Shown: positions 23,211 through 36,689 of the stretch, piece after piece
Position numbering within the stretch: position 1 is the stretch's first letter
Layout of the letters: the number at the start of each line of letters is the position of its first letter
NCBI RefSeq assembly: GCF_963921235.1
Contig: NC_086108.1
Span: forward strand, 88,290,001 to 88,354,000
DNA from: Mobula hypostoma
Lineage: Eukaryota
Direction of reading: 5' to 3'
DNA: 64,000 nucleotides
The notes under the pieces: generated by a model
Database searches by the model: none
Told to the model about the DNA's origin: nothing
What the model saw: only the letters and a program-made list of their open reading frames with translations
Translations under genes and position numbers: made by a program

Positions 23211-23980
23211 GTAAGCAATTTGGTAAAACAGAGAAGTCCAAAGTTTGCCTTCTGTACTATGAAATTTTATGATTCTCAGAGTTAATAGTTACTATTTATT
23301 AGCTCTCAGATTTAGCTCACATCCTTTTTAATGGTTCAATGATAACTCCGGATTATTTTTTGCAAAATCTGTCAAATCTATCATCAAATTCCTAAGTGCC
23401 GGAGAAATGGCACTCCCTGAAATATTTTCTCCAATCTTGAGTACACAATGATGCAATCTTTTTTCAATGGGCATAAACCATTTGGATAATTTCCAAATTG
23501 ATAGGAATGGATTATTCTGTGGAAATAATTCTTTGAATTTATCTAATTCCTTTGTGAAAAACATATAAGAGTCTAGCTTTGTACAAGTGCATGGTTGTAA
23601 TCACCCTAAAAAGCCCAGCAAATATATGAACCTTGCACCATTAATAACTTGGGCTGCTGTTTACTTAGCAACTCTCCGAGTAAGCAGAGTGCATTAGATT
23701 ACAGAGAAATCATATCCACTCTATCCTGAAGCAAATTCATACTCACATGTTGTAAGAAGAAAAATTAGTTGATGAAAGGGAAGAGTGAATGGTGAAAGTT
23801 TTATTTACTCACCAGTAGGAGATCTGAAAGGTCGATGTTGATATAAATTTAGGTCAATATACAGATATAGGTATTTGGAAGAGAAATGGTTTAACAGGGG
23901 AGGGTTTGTGTTGAACCATATATCTGTGACTTATAGTTGCCCTGTTCCTGTTACTTAATGTGTCTTCTGTTATGTTCTAG

Positions 23981-24006
23981 ATTATCAATTGCGCACCAAC
24001 CAATAG
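23981..24006 (+). CDS. ap1m3: AP-1 mu1 terminal coding exon
   Basis: ttctag|at tat caa ttg cgc acc aac caa TAG = (D)YQLRTNQ*. Confidence 0.93.
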
Positions 24007-24454
24007 GAACACTGCTCTCCAATGGAATTCCCAAGTTTGAAGGACACAATTTAGTAAAGAAGTGGAAAATGATGGTCCTAAATCCAAGTCCACAAGGCTT
24101 CGGGACACTATTACATGGCAAAGCGTTGAAAGAGAGCTTGTACCAATCAAATAGGAAAAAGCAGCTACTACTGACATAGCATTTCTTTGTAGCAAATGAA
24201 TGAGTGTTAGGTTATCATTTCATTATTTATCCTTCCTGGTTTTGCTGCTACCTGGATATGGTCAATTGAAGGCTATGTCCAGGCTAATTGCTGTTCTCTG
24301 CTGGGATTTCTGTCTTACTTCAAACATTCTGACATGCTGCAAACATTTTCATCAGGCTGATACAGAGGGGAATCTGGTGGTATTGACCTAAGAAAGGTCC
24401 AGGAGGGCAGTGGATGAGATATGGATTATGTTTCCTTTTACTCAATCACATCAC

Positions 24455-24772
24455 ATAGTGGTTACTTTCCTGAACTAAAACCAGGGGTTAGAATATTCTT
24501 GAAATCTTACAATGGCAGCTGGGGGATTTAAGTTAAAGTCATTTAAAGAATCTGGAATTAAAAATAGATTTACAAAGACTTAAACAAAGAAGGCATCTGG
24601 TTAACTAATATCCTTCAGGGAAGAAAATCTGCCACCCTCGTTCACCTGTGACTCCTGACACAATAATATGGTTGACTCTTTAACTGCAGCCTCAGTTCAG
24701 GGGCAACTAGGGAAGGACAGTAAATGCTGGTATTACCAGCAACACCTGTAACTGATGAATTAATAAATAAAC
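24455..24772 (+). mobile_element. Old tRNA-type SINE in the 3' UTR region
   Basis: Resembles, from memory, an abundant shark/ray SINE (GAATCTGGAATTAAAA...CATCTGGTTAACTAATATCCTTCAGGGAAGAAAATCTGCC...GGTTGACTCTT...TAAATGCTGG...A-rich end). Confidence 0.6.
24762..24771 (+). terminator. Candidate poly(A) signal of the AP1M gene (overlapping AATAAA x2)
   Basis: First AATAAA found after the stop codon at 24006. Confidence 0.5.
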
Positions 24773-25884
24773 AAAAGATAAGTCTAACCCTTGCTCCTCT
24801 TTCCATCCATTCTCCCAAAGAAAGTCCAAATTGCAGGTTTCTCACCCCAGGCTCTTCACATTGACATTAACACTTTGAATTGTGCACATTGACACCATTA
24901 CAGTGTGTCTACTTCCCTGAATTCTCTCCATGTCTTCACCTTGACTAATTGTCTGAGGCAAAATAATTGGGACGTAGTTACAAATACAAAGTGGAAAAGA
25001 AGTTGAAAGCAGTAGAAGGAAAGAGTTTTTCCTCCACTGCCTGGTGATCTACAACTGCCTGATCTGGTGCTCCTCCATTTCACAAATCATTTACCATTTT
25101 AGTTCCAGCTAGAAATCATGATGTCCTATATGCCACCTTCCATCAATTTAGCCCTCTTTCAATTACCTATCAAGGTAGTACAGATGTTATTTGTTACTGA
25201 GTTTTCTACTTGGGAAAGGATTGGGAGCCCAATACTGCGCTGCTTACTGTTGGGTTTATATTGCCCATTCTGACAGAATCTGCAGGATGTCAGCCTGCCT
25301 GTGGCAGTTTGCAGGAGTAGGTTGATTGTTTGCTTTCCTCCTCAAGGTGAAGAATGTCAGAAGCCAGACATTCAGAAACCTTAGACTTCAGTGAAGCTGT
25401 CACAGCTGTCAGTGACAGGTCCATTACCCTGTCCCGTGATGTCGCTGTCAGGAAAACCAGATCAATATGTGGCCTAATCAGCAGTCCTTCAAGGGAGTAT
25501 CCAGGCCAGTAACTAGAAACGGTCTGCTTTTTATAATTCCCATACTTGAATGTGGAACCAGGATGTGCACACTGCCTCTCCCAACCTATGGGAATGATGG
25601 AGCAGACTCAATGGACTGAATGGCCTACTACTGCTCCTCTATCTTATGGTTTTACCCCACATTAAAAATCTAGGGCATTTGTCCAGTGTTTATCTCTATG
25701 TCCTCCTTCACTTCTGCACCCTTTTCTTCTTACTCCCGATCATGTACCTGGATGAAAACCAGAAGATAATCAACAAAGCTATGGACTAATTCTCTGAAAG
25801 TGTCTTTTTAGGCGAGCAAGAGCATGATTGGTTAAATGGTGTCCAGTTGTGTAACAAATGTTTATGTTTTAATTTACAACGTTT

Positions 25885-26135
25885 GTGTTTAGAGATACAA
25901 TGCAAGTCAGACCCTTACGGTGCAACGAGCCCCATCGATTTAACACATGACAATTTACAATGACCAGTTAACCTACGAACCAGTACGTTTGGACTATTGG
26001 AGGAAACCAGACCACCCGGAGGAAGTCCAATAGTCACAGGGGAAGAACTTAGAGACAGTGCTGGAATTGAACTCCAAACTCCAGAATGCCCCAAGCTGTA
26101 GTGGCGTAGCACTAACCACGACACTATTATGGCAC
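25885..26135 (-). mobile_element. V-SINE
   Basis: Reverse complement of the V core (GGAGGAAACCAGACCACCCGGAGGAA) and a tRNA-like head. Confidence 0.7.
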
Positions 26136-26254
26136 CATTTTTATGCAAGAGTAAGGTAGTTCAAATACTTTCAGATTACTTTAGCAATGAGCTGACACAG
26201 TGATTGTGAGTTCAATGCCCTCTGTATTGTAAATCCCTGAACATATAATTCCAC

Positions 26255-26497
26255 AAAGCATAGTAGCAGAATTAGGCTATTCAGCCCATCAAGTCTGCTC
26301 TGTCATTCCAATGGTTGATTTATTATTTCTCTAAACCCCATTCTTCTGCCTTCTCTCCATAACTTCTGACTAATCAATGACCTATCAACCTTTGCTTTAA
26401 ATATACCCAATGATTTGGCCTCCACAGCCCACTGAGGCAATGCATTCCACCAATTCACCACCCTTTGGCTAAAGAAATTCCTTCTCATCTCTGTTCT
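26255..26497 (-). mobile_element. CR1 3' end
   Basis: Minus ORF MRRNFFSQRVVNWWNALP. Confidence 0.8.
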
Positions 26498-27394
26498 ATA
26501 CTTATCTTTGGTAAATGGGAGTTATCATAGCTAGGTTTGATGGTTGTAAAAATATCATTGGCAAAGATCTGGAACCTGAAGCCTGAATAACAATGGTTGG
26601 AGTCTCTATTGTAATAATGCCTGGGTGCTTTGTTACCAAGGATCCTTCCACACTTTGCAATCAGTGAACTGCATGGGATGTGGTTGACTACATTGCCTCA
26701 GTCCTTTAAATGGCATGTTAACCTGATGTTGGCCCTTCCTCCACATTGTTTGACATTGTGTCCAAGCTCCCTGACAGGTATTCCAAAACACTGAACTGCT
26801 CTCAGTGCAAAGCTGCCATCTTTTTATAGCCTGGAACTTGGGTGAAACCGGCTGTCACTGAGGCAAGGCTGGGTATGGCCATACTCTCCTGAATATTAGT
26901 AAAATGTTAGACATGTTAAAAGTGGAGTTGATGCTTCTCTGGGCAAATGGTATGAGGGACCAAGGTATGTCGGTATTAGGGGTCAGCCATTTAGAACAAT
27001 CATGAAGAGAAAAAGAAATAATAACTCGGTATGGTCTAGATGGGATGAAGGGCCTGTTTGTGTGCTGTAGTGGTCTGTGGCTCTTTAATACCCCCAACAT
27101 AGGGTTTTGACCCAAAATGTCAACTGTCCTTTTGCTTCCACAGATGCTGTAGTCCTGATGTGTTTCTCCAGCAATTTTTGTTTTTTTTTGCTGCTGATTC
27201 CAGCATCTGCAGTCTCTTGTGCTCCCAATGATATGAAGGATTTCTATCACACAGAGGTTCTGTCACTGAATATAATCAAGCTGGAGATGAATATACTTTT
27301 CGAGTTTAAAAGAATCAATCAAAATTAGGTGAATGCAGAAAAGGTAGTGCTGAGGTAAAAAAAAAAATCAGCCATGATCTTAGAAGAGTGAGTT

Positions 27395-27778
27395 AAATTG
27401 AGAGGTGACTTGATAGAAGTGGACAAGATGATAAAAGGCATACACTGAGTGGACAGCCAGACTTTTTCCAAGGGTGAAAATGGCTAATATGAGACAGACT
27501 AATTTTAAGGTGATTCAAAAAGAGTATCGGGGAAGTACCAGATATACTGTAAGTTTTTTATTCTGAAAGTGGTGGGTTTGTGAAACGTGCTGCCAGGGGT
27601 GGTGATGGAGGAAGAAACATTAGGGACAGTTAGGAGATACTTAGACAGGCTCATAGATGATAAGAAAATGGAGGGATATGTAGGAGGGAAGTGTTAGATT
27701 GATCTTAGAGGAGGTTAAAAGATCGGTGCAACATATTGGGCTGAAGGGCCTGTACAGTGTTGTAATGCTCTATGTTCT
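27395..27778 (+). mobile_element. CR1 3' fragment
   Basis: LRGDLIEVDKMIKG-type coding remnant and CR1 3' UTR. Confidence 0.7.
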
Positions 27779-29803
27779 TTAAGTAGAGCTGAAAGGGTTA
27801 ATGGTGCAATTCCATGTGTTTTTTTTTGTTGTCTGAAGGTATGAGGCCCCACTCTTTCAATTCCAGGGATGCACTCATAGCTAATAATCAACTGAAGCCA
27901 GAATGGACAGCCCAAATATTACTGAGTAACTTCGGTGAGCATCCATTGTGCGAGTACAGAAAATTTAAGAATGTTCCAAGTTTTTCAATGCTGAGTTGTT
28001 GGCTCAGATACTGGAATGGGGAAGCTTCTAAAAAAAAAGTAGGTCCACCTAGACAAGAGCATCTGAGTTCAGTGGGCAGGAATGCTCACTGGAACTTGTT
28101 GTCTAGCCACTGGTTAATAAAGCTGAGTGTTTGCTGAGAAAAATCTGTCCCTTCATATTCAGAACATCCCAGCAGGACTGCAAACTTGTGTAACATTAAC
28201 TAATCAATAATTCATGCATGGAAGGATTGAGAAGATTGAACTTCCTCAGGAATAGAGTAATACAAAATGTCACGGGGGGCAGCGCGGTCAGAAACAAATA
28301 GATAGACTCTTTCAGAATTAATAGCTATAAAATTGCAGGTATGGAGAAATCTCCATTTGACTAGGTGGGGTGGATCAAGGTTGGAAGTTCTGCTTTGAGC
28401 CTTCTAGAAGCATGTTCATCATTATGTGCAATAATCTACCACACTCCTCCAGAACAGTTTCCCAAAAATGCACTGACAATAACAGTACACTTAACTTTTG
28501 ATAGATAACGAATAGATAAGGGTGTTACTCCTGCTGAGAAATATACTCAGTGTCTGGCAGAAAGCTGAAGCCATTGCCCACAGGTATCTGATGTGGCTCG
28601 GTTATTTCACTTGTCACTGTGTTCCTCACCCGTGACCAGATCAGACACTCCAATGCTGTTGCTGGACTGACATTAAGCCAAGCTGCCCCTTCATTTAGGC
28701 TTACTATCCCATGGTGTTGGTCTGAGCCACAGGAGCTGGATCCCTGGTGTCAAGGCCACCGCTTATTTCTGAATACAGGATTAACTTTATTCACCATACA
28801 CATTTACGTGTATTAGAAATTTGCTCTGTAAAGTTAGAGGTTAACGTACAGATATGGAATAAAATGTGCATAAATACCAGCATGTATTTACAATATAAAC
28901 AGCATTGTAAAACGTGGTTTAAAGTGTTTGCAGTGTAGTGCAGTAACCAATATAATAGAGGAGGGTGTGGGACTAACTGGAATGGTTGATTAGATCAGCT
29001 GTCTGGGGTAAAAAAATCTTTAAGATGGTGGGTTTTAATAGCTGTACAGCACTTTCCAGAAGGAAGCTTTCAGAAAAGGATAGGGTCCGCAATGATTTTC
29101 CTTGCCCACTTCTTTGTCCTAGACACAATATATTGGAATCAACATTATAAAAGAGGTTATCAGTCCGTTAGTGCACTGCTGTTGGTAGAAACATCTCGTT
29201 CACATTAGCAGCTGTGTTTTCCTACCTTGCAGCTGCGATCACACTTCACCAGTACCTCGTGGTTTGTGAAGGTCCTTGGGGTGATGGAAGCTGAGAAAGC
29301 TGCTATGCATGCGCTGGAGAGCTGCATCAGTTCCAAAGCAGAATAGCTACGGCTTGGAAGTATTCCGACAGCTTTGAATGGAATCATTTTAGTGTGCAAG
29401 AGGGAGGAGGGGTTACTGCTATGTGTTCTCTTAAGAACTAAAATAAACAGGTCCCCTGGAGAGTGAAGCTGCTGACATGCCTGGGCAGAGCTCAGTTATT
29501 GTTGCACATGAGCGTCAGGCAGAGGGCAAGTTGCACCACAGTAACCTGAACCTGTCAGCTTCTCATGACCTTGACCCACCTGAAACAATATTGTGTTGAG
29601 TTACATAGAATGTGCTTGCCCGAAACCAGGCCATTCGGTCCAAATTCACGCTGGTGTTGCTGCTCCATGCAAACTTCCTCCCAACCCCCTTCATCTTTAT
29701 GTTCCCTCATATTTTCATGTGCCTTTCTCTCTTCAGAGCTAATCCAATTTCTCTCTGAATGAATTACTTCAGTAGTGAGTCCCTCATTCTAACCTATGTC
29801 TGA

Positions 29804-30190
29804 TTGAAACGTATAAGATCCTAAAGGGATTGGACAGGCTAGATGCAGGAAGATTGTTCCCGATGTTGGGGAAGTCCAGAACGAGGGGTCACAGTTTGAG
29901 GATAGAGGGGAAGCCTTTTAGGACTGAGATTAGGAAAAACTTCTTCACACAGAGAGTGGTGAATCTGTGGAATTCTCTGCCACAGCAAACTGTTGAGGCC
30001 ACTTCATTGGCTATGTTTAAGAGGGAGTTAGATATGGCCCTTGTGGCTACAGGGGTCAGGGGGTTTGGAGGGAAGGCTGGGGCGGGGTTCTGAGTTGGAT
30101 GACCAGCCATGATCATAATAAATGGCGGTGCAGGCTCGAAGGGCCGAATGGCCTACTCCTGCACCTATTTTCTATGTTTCTATGTTTCTA
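29804..30190 (+). mobile_element. Young CR1 3' end
   Basis: Intact C-terminal ORF 29830-30093; (TTTCTATG)3 tail; 10-bp TSD CTATGTCTGA (29794-29803, 30188-30197). Confidence 0.9.
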
Positions 30191-30684
30191 TGTCTGAATA
30201 AAACCTCTCCCCTCTGGATTTATTAGGGACTAAGTCACTGTTGTGGTTCCCCTCAAGTGGCCTTAACCATTTATGTCTGTCCCTTCAAACTATTTACTAG
30301 TCTAAAAGACACCTGTTAATTCTTCTTCTGTCTGGGTAAAGAAGGCCTGGGCTGGGAACTTACATGTCAACAGATCCTGAGCCTTTTCAGCCATAGGCTG
30401 CAGGGTCCAAGATGACAACTACACAACCACAGCATTGTGTGGAGAGGGATTCAGATAGGTTATTTTTATAAATTACTAGAGATACTGACAGAAATCCAGA
30501 GTTTCCAGACATTGTCAATGTTTTGTTTACAGTGGAAGAGCATGAAATTTGTGTGTGTAAAAATCAATAGTTCTTAAAGTATTCTTATAATTATTTAAGA
30601 TTCTATAAATGAAGCAAATAAAATAATTCTATAAAATGCTCTGTAAGGTTTCCACACAATAGAACTTGGTTTTCTTTACACTTA

Positions 30685-31396
30685 CCAAACCTATTGAAAA
30701 TTGAAAGGTCTTGACAGAATGGAAATGGAGAGGATGCTTCCAGTAACAGGGGAGTCTAGGACCAGAGGCCACAACCTCAGAACAGAAGGGCATCCATTTA
30801 GAACAGAGAGTAATTTAGGGGAGAAACTTATTTAGGGGAGAAGTTCTTTAGCCAGAGGGTGGTGAATCTGTGGAATTCATTGCCACAGATGGCTGAGGAG
30901 GCCAACACATTGAGCATATTTAAAGTGGAGGATGATAGGTTTTTGATCAGTCAGGGTGTCAAAGGTTATGAGAAGGAGGCAGAAAAATGGGGTTGAGGTG
31001 AATAATGAACCAGCCATGACAGAGTGGCAGAGCAGACTCGATGGGGCGAATGGCATAATTCTGCTCCTATTTCTTATAGTCTTATGACTTATTCTGTGGC
31101 AACATAAATGACAAACTCAAACTAAAATGAGTGGCACAATTTTAAGGTGATTGGAAGAAGGTATGGCGGGGATGTCAGAGGTAAGTTTTTTTACACAGAG
31201 TGTAGGTATGTGGAATGTACTGATGGGGTAGTGGTAGAGGCAGATACATTAGGGACATTTAAAAGACTCTTAGATAAGACGTGGATGAGTGAAAAATGGA
31301 GAGGAAGGTCAGGTTGATCTTAGAGTAGGTTAAAAGATAAGCAGAACATTGTGGGTTGAAGACTCTGTACTGTGTTGTACTGCTCTTTGTTCTATA
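30685..31396 (+). mobile_element. Two adjacent CR1 3' fragments
   Basis: Similar to 12220-12576 and 27490-27778 respectively. Confidence 0.75.
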
Positions 31397-31939
31397 TTCA
31401 ATCTCTATCCTTGTCACACATAACAAAAAGATGATTTAAATGGCTAATACATTCTGTAAGTCTGAAGTTGTAAGAATGTGGCATTTGTGTGGTTGTCTTT
31501 TGTGTACACCTGGAGTATTTTTGGTACCACAGCAACTAAAGATTAAATTTCCATTACCTGTTGTAAAGGTTGAGAAGGAAGGTCATTAGCAAGAACATCA
31601 CTAATTTTCACATTCTGTGAACAATTTTATTCATCAGTTTTATAAAAACAAAAATGAAAATGGGAAAAAATTTCTGTCTATAGTGAAGATTAATCCAATT
31701 GAATAACGTAGTCTGTTCTTTTTCCAATTGGGATAGGAGGTGATGGTTACTGTTGTATGAGACAACAACAACAACCTAGGGTTGGGATATTAATGGTGGA
31801 GGAGGGGCTGTCCTTGAGATGACCCAACTAGAGTTGGCAAACCAAAACATAAATCAGGATTTTTCAGCATATGGTTATCTTTGTGAAAAGATCTTTTCTG
31901 AAACCGTATGATATTTGCACTTGGATACCTCTGTAGTTT

Positions 31940-32510
31940 GGTTCATATATGTCATCATATCAACACAGATTCATTTTCCCGTGGGCATAAATCAATAGAT
32001 CTATAGAATAATAGCAATAACAGGATCAATGAAAGACTGCCCAACTAGGCCATTCAACCAGAGTGCAGAAGACAGCATACTATGCAAGTACAAAAATAAA
32101 TAAATTGTATGAATAAATTAGCATCTCCTGAAGTGCATAACCAGCTCATCAGTTTTAATAACATTGAGTTAGAGGTGGTTGTTGTTACACCGCTCAGCCA
32201 GACTTTCAATCTCCTTCCGAAATGCTGATTTATAACCAACTTTGATTTGGCAACAACTTTGGTGCCACCAGCAAACATGAATAAGGCATTGGAGCTGTGC
32301 TTGGCCACACAGTCATAAGTGTAAAGAGAGTAGAGCAGGGTACTAAGTAACATAGCCTTGTGATGCAGCTGTGCTGTTGGAGATCATGGAGGAGATTTTG
32401 TTGTCAATCTAGACTGACTGAGGTGTGCAAGTGTGGAAATCCAGAATCTAATTGCACAAGGAGGTATTGAGGCCAAAGTCTTGGAACTTGTTGATCGTTT
32501 TGGTTGTTTG
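31940..32510 (-). mobile_element. Rex1/Babar LINE RT fragment
   Basis: LLSTLLYSLYTYDCVAKHSSNALFMFA (RT region) and LASIPPCAIRFWI remnants. Confidence 0.75.
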
Positions 32511-33113
32511 ATAATGAATATTTTGCTTAAAAAGATGAAACAGGAGATTATGAATGGTCTTTTACACATTTTGCAATCAATTCCCAATACAGTCTTCTAA
32601 AACAAGACATTGTATAAAAAGATAGGAACTCCTATCACAAAACTGAAGGTCAAGTGGATGTGTGTGATAAAAGGGAGGGAGTATCAATGCAGTGGGAAAT
32701 TTGCACCATATGCAAAGGTTATAGGAACATGTAATGAAAGATTAGGGGGTTAAAACATAACTTGATAAATCCAAGCAGACAACAAAGGTAAGAACAAACC
32801 TGTACTAATATTACACATTAATAGCTCATTGATTACTTTTGATGTCTTGTCAGTGAAATGAGGCAGCTAATTCCCTCACCGAGTGATCCCACAAATAGTA
32901 ATGTAATGTAGAAATCTGGCATAAATGATCTGTTGGGATAAACATTCCTTCGGTAGGACAGATTGGATATCTGTTAAACACCTTAATTAATTTTAAGCCA
33001 ACATAGCTGACATTTCTAATCACCAAACACTCTAATAAACTTCTACGGAATCAACACACATAAAATACTGAAGGAACTCAGCAGGTCAGACAACATCTAT
33101 AGAAAAGAGAAAA

Positions 33114-33151
33114 CAGTCTATGTTTCGGGCTGACGCACTTCTTCAGGACTG
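33114..33151 (-). ncRNA. Minimal hammerhead ribozyme motif, partly degenerate
   Basis: Minus strand reads cagtc-CUGAAGA-agugcgucagccc-GAAA-c-AUA-gacug: stem I and core intact, stems II and III weakened. Confidence 0.55.
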
Positions 33152-34177
33152 AAAGGAAGGGGGTTGATGCCAGAATTAAAAGGTAGGGGAGGGGAAAGAG
33201 GCTAGCTGGAAGCTGATAGGTGAAGCCAGGTGGGTGGGGAAGGTCATGGGCTGGAAAAGAAAGAATCTGATAGGAGAGGAGAGTGGAGAATGGGAAAAAA
33301 AGGACACCCGGGGGAAGTAATAGGCAGGCGAGAAGAAGTGAAAGGTCAGAGATGGAATGGAAGAAGGGGGAGGGGGAAAATATTTTTCACCAGAAGGAGA
33401 AATTGATACTCATGCCATCAGTTTGGAGGGTACCCAGATGGAATATAAGGTGTTTGCTCCTCCATCCTGAGGGTCGCCTCATCTTGACACAAGAGGAGGC
33501 CATGGATTGACACGTTGGACGGGAATGAGAATCGGTATTAAACTGTTTGACCACCGGGAATTCCCGCTTGTGGTGGATGGTGCAGAAGTGCTTGATGAAG
33601 CGATCCCCCAATTTACGACGGGTCTCACCAATGTACAGGAGGCTGCATCAGGAGCACCGCACACAATAGATGACCCCAGCAGATTTGTAGATGAAGTGTT
33701 GCCTCACCTGGAAGGACAGTTTGGGGCCCTGAATGGAGGTGAGAGAGGACAGGGATAGCACTTAGGCTGCTTGCAGGGTTAAGTGCCTGGGAGAAGGGGC
33801 AAATGTACAAGGGCATCACAGAAGCACCGATCAGTGTGGAAAGGTGGGGGTGGGGGGAGGTAAAAATATGTTTTGTGGTAGGATTCTTCTGGAGATGGCA
33901 GAGGTTGGGAGGATAATGTGTTGGATGTGGAGAATGGTAGGGTGGTAGGTAAGGACAAGAGGGAGTCTATCATTATGGCAACAGGAAGATGGGGTGAATG
34001 CAAATGTATGGGAAATGAAGGAAATGTATTGAGGGCAGCATCGATAATAAAGTGAGGGAAACCCTGTTCTTTAAAGAAGGAGGACATCTCAGATGTCCAG
34101 GAATGGAAAGCCTTGAGAATAGATGTGCAGAGGTGAAGAAGCTGAGAAAAGGGAATCCGGTGGGAAGAGGTATAGTC

Positions 34178-35005
34178 CATAAGGTCATAAGACATAGGAG
34201 CAGAATTAAGCCATTCAGCCCATCGAGTCTGCTCCACCATTTCATTATGGCTGATTCCAGATCCCATTCAACCCCACACACCTGCCCTCTCACCATATGT
34301 GATGCCCAATGAGGAATCTATCAACTTCCACTTTGAAAGTACCCACGAAAGGATCCACTGCAGTCTGTGACAGAGCATTCCGCGGATTCTTTGGCTTAAA
34401 AAATTCCTCCTTACTTCTGTTCTAAGAGGTCACCCCTCAATTTTGAGGCTGTGCTCTTTAGTTCTGGATAAATCCACCAGGGGAAATATCCCTCCACATC
34501 CACCCATTCTAGCTCTTTCAATATTCAGCAGGTTTCAATGAGATTCCCACATATCCTTCTAAATTCCAGTGTGTACAGGCCCAAAGCTGCCAAGCACTCC
34601 TCATATGTTAATCCGTTCGCTTCTGGAATCATCCTCGTGAACCTCTTCTGGACTCTCTCCAATGTCAAAACATTTTCTATGTTTCTATGTTTCTAACCTT
34701 TCTGAGATAAGGGGCTCAAAGCTGTTGACAATACTTGAAGAGCAGCCTGACTAGTGTCTTATAAAGTTTCAGCATTATTTCCTTGATTTTTTTATTCTGT
34801 TCCCTTTGAAATAAATGCCAACATTGAATTTGCCTTCTTCACCACAGACTCAACCTGTGAACTAAGCTTCTGGGAGTCTTGCATGAGGACTCCCAAGTCC
34901 TTTAGCACCTCTGATGTTTCAAATTTTCTCCCCATTTAGATAATAGTCTGCACTACTGTTCCTTTTACCAAGATGCATTATCAAATATTTCCCAACACTG
35001 TATTC
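34178..35005 (-). mobile_element. CR1 3' fragment nested in the PLE
   Basis: CATAAGGTCATAAGACATAGG tail; TATAGTC repeated at 34171-34177 and 35014-35020. Confidence 0.85.
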
Positions 35006-35393
35006 AAGATAACTATAGTCGAGATAACTATGGGAATTAGAACGTTTGTAAAAGATGTCGGTTGACAGCTTGTCTCCAGAGATGGAGACAGAGAGATCAA
35101 GAAAGGGGAGGAAGGTGTCAGAGATGGACTAAGTGAATTCAAGGGCAGAGTGAAGACAGAGGCAAAGCTGATAAAATTGACGAGCTCAGCATGTCTACAT
35201 CTATCAGCAAGGATTCCCACTAAACAGGCCATGCCACTTTCACACAGACAACCACTAGCAAAAGTATAGAAGCTTGAAGTTCCGCACCAATAGGTTCAAG
35301 AACAGGTACTTACCTTCAACCATTTGGTTCTTGAGCTAACCAGCACAACCCTAATCACTGCAGTTTATCAAAACTGACCACTACGATCACTTT

Positions 35394-36218
35394 TGTGACG
35401 GGGTCCTGAATTACCCCTATGAACTGTGCTCGATTACCCCTATGAACTGTGCTTTTGAAAAAAGAGAGAGAGATTATTTAACACTGTCATCTTGTTTTTA
35501 AAGAGAGAGAGAGGCGAAGACTGCTCACAGTATGTTTACATTTCTACAAGGACGCTGCCTGCTTGGAAATTCTTACAGACAGAGAAGGGAGGAGCTGTTT
35601 GAGTGACAGTTGGTCTTCAGCACGGGGAGATGAATAGAGTGTCAGATGATAAACTCCAGACACATGGTTTTGAACACTGAATGAGCTTTGTTGTGCCCAT
35701 ATAAAAAGTGGGTTTTGGAGGATTGATCAGGCAGATTGATCAGTGGCTCTCGCAGTGTGAACAGGGCATGACCAGTGGGGAGTTATTTGTGTGTCCAGCC
35801 CTCGTCTGGGTTGATAGCTCCACCACAGAAGGACAGTCCCCTTTTGTTGCGGTCATAGTCGGTGACTTCTAAAGGATTTCGGAGGACAATGGGAAGATCG
35901 ACGGCGTCAGCTCACCTGAAGACTCAAATCTCTCCCTCTCTCTCTCTCCATCACTACTCAACTCAATACCATGAACTGAACTGAACTTTACTCATCATCA
36001 TAAGACTGTATCTATTTACCCCTAGACTTGAAGAAGCTTGGTTTTCATATATTTCCACACTTACTTATATATAATCATTGCTAACCTGTTTGATTTATCT
36101 GCATTTACATTACTCTATTGCGTAGTTACTAATGAATATTATTAGTTAATAGCAATACTGGACTCCAAAGTGTTTTCCATTTCTGCTGGTTCTTTAACCC
36201 GTCATGGGGTACATGACA
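35394..36218 (+). mobile_element. Solo LTR (Gypsy-type)
   Basis: TGTGAC...ATGACA ends with a 4-bp TSD CTTT; splits a Rex1/Babar tail; internal 21-nt duplication ATTACCCCTATGAACTGTGCT. Orientation tentative. Confidence 0.8.
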
Positions 36219-36689
36219 CTTTGCACCAAAATGGATTTCTTTTTGTTCTAATTGTATTCCCTTTTCTTAAAACAAAGTAGAATTTGTGTTTAATTATTTT
36301 TTCTTTTGAATGCTACTTGTGTGATGCTACGTGCCTGTGATGCTGCTGCAGTAAATTTTTCATTGTACCTCACATGTTATAGAGTCATATAACACTATGG
36401 TACAGAAACAGGCCCTTCAACCTATCTAGACCGTGCCAAACAATTATTCTGCCTAGTCCCATCGACCGGCACCCAGACCATAGCACTCTATAACCCTACC
36501 TATTAAAATGTACCAAGTAAAATTTCTCTTAAATGTTGAAATCAAACCAATATCCACCATTTTCACTGGCAGTTCATTCCACACACCCTCAGAGTGAAGA
36601 AGTTCCCTTTAAACATTTCACCTTTCACACTTAACCCATAACTTCTAGTTCAAGCCTCACCCAGTTTCACTGCAATTAGTCACAGTTGT

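Larger units (their letters stand above)
33052..35195 (-). mobile_element. Penelope-like element (RT end, linker, GIY-YIG endonuclease, terminal repeat) interrupted by a CR1
   Basis: RT remnant 35014-35190, DYTSSH..IPFSQ, GDRFIKHF...QFN...HLIFHLGTLQTDGM; hammerhead core on - at 33114-33151. Confidence 0.88.
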
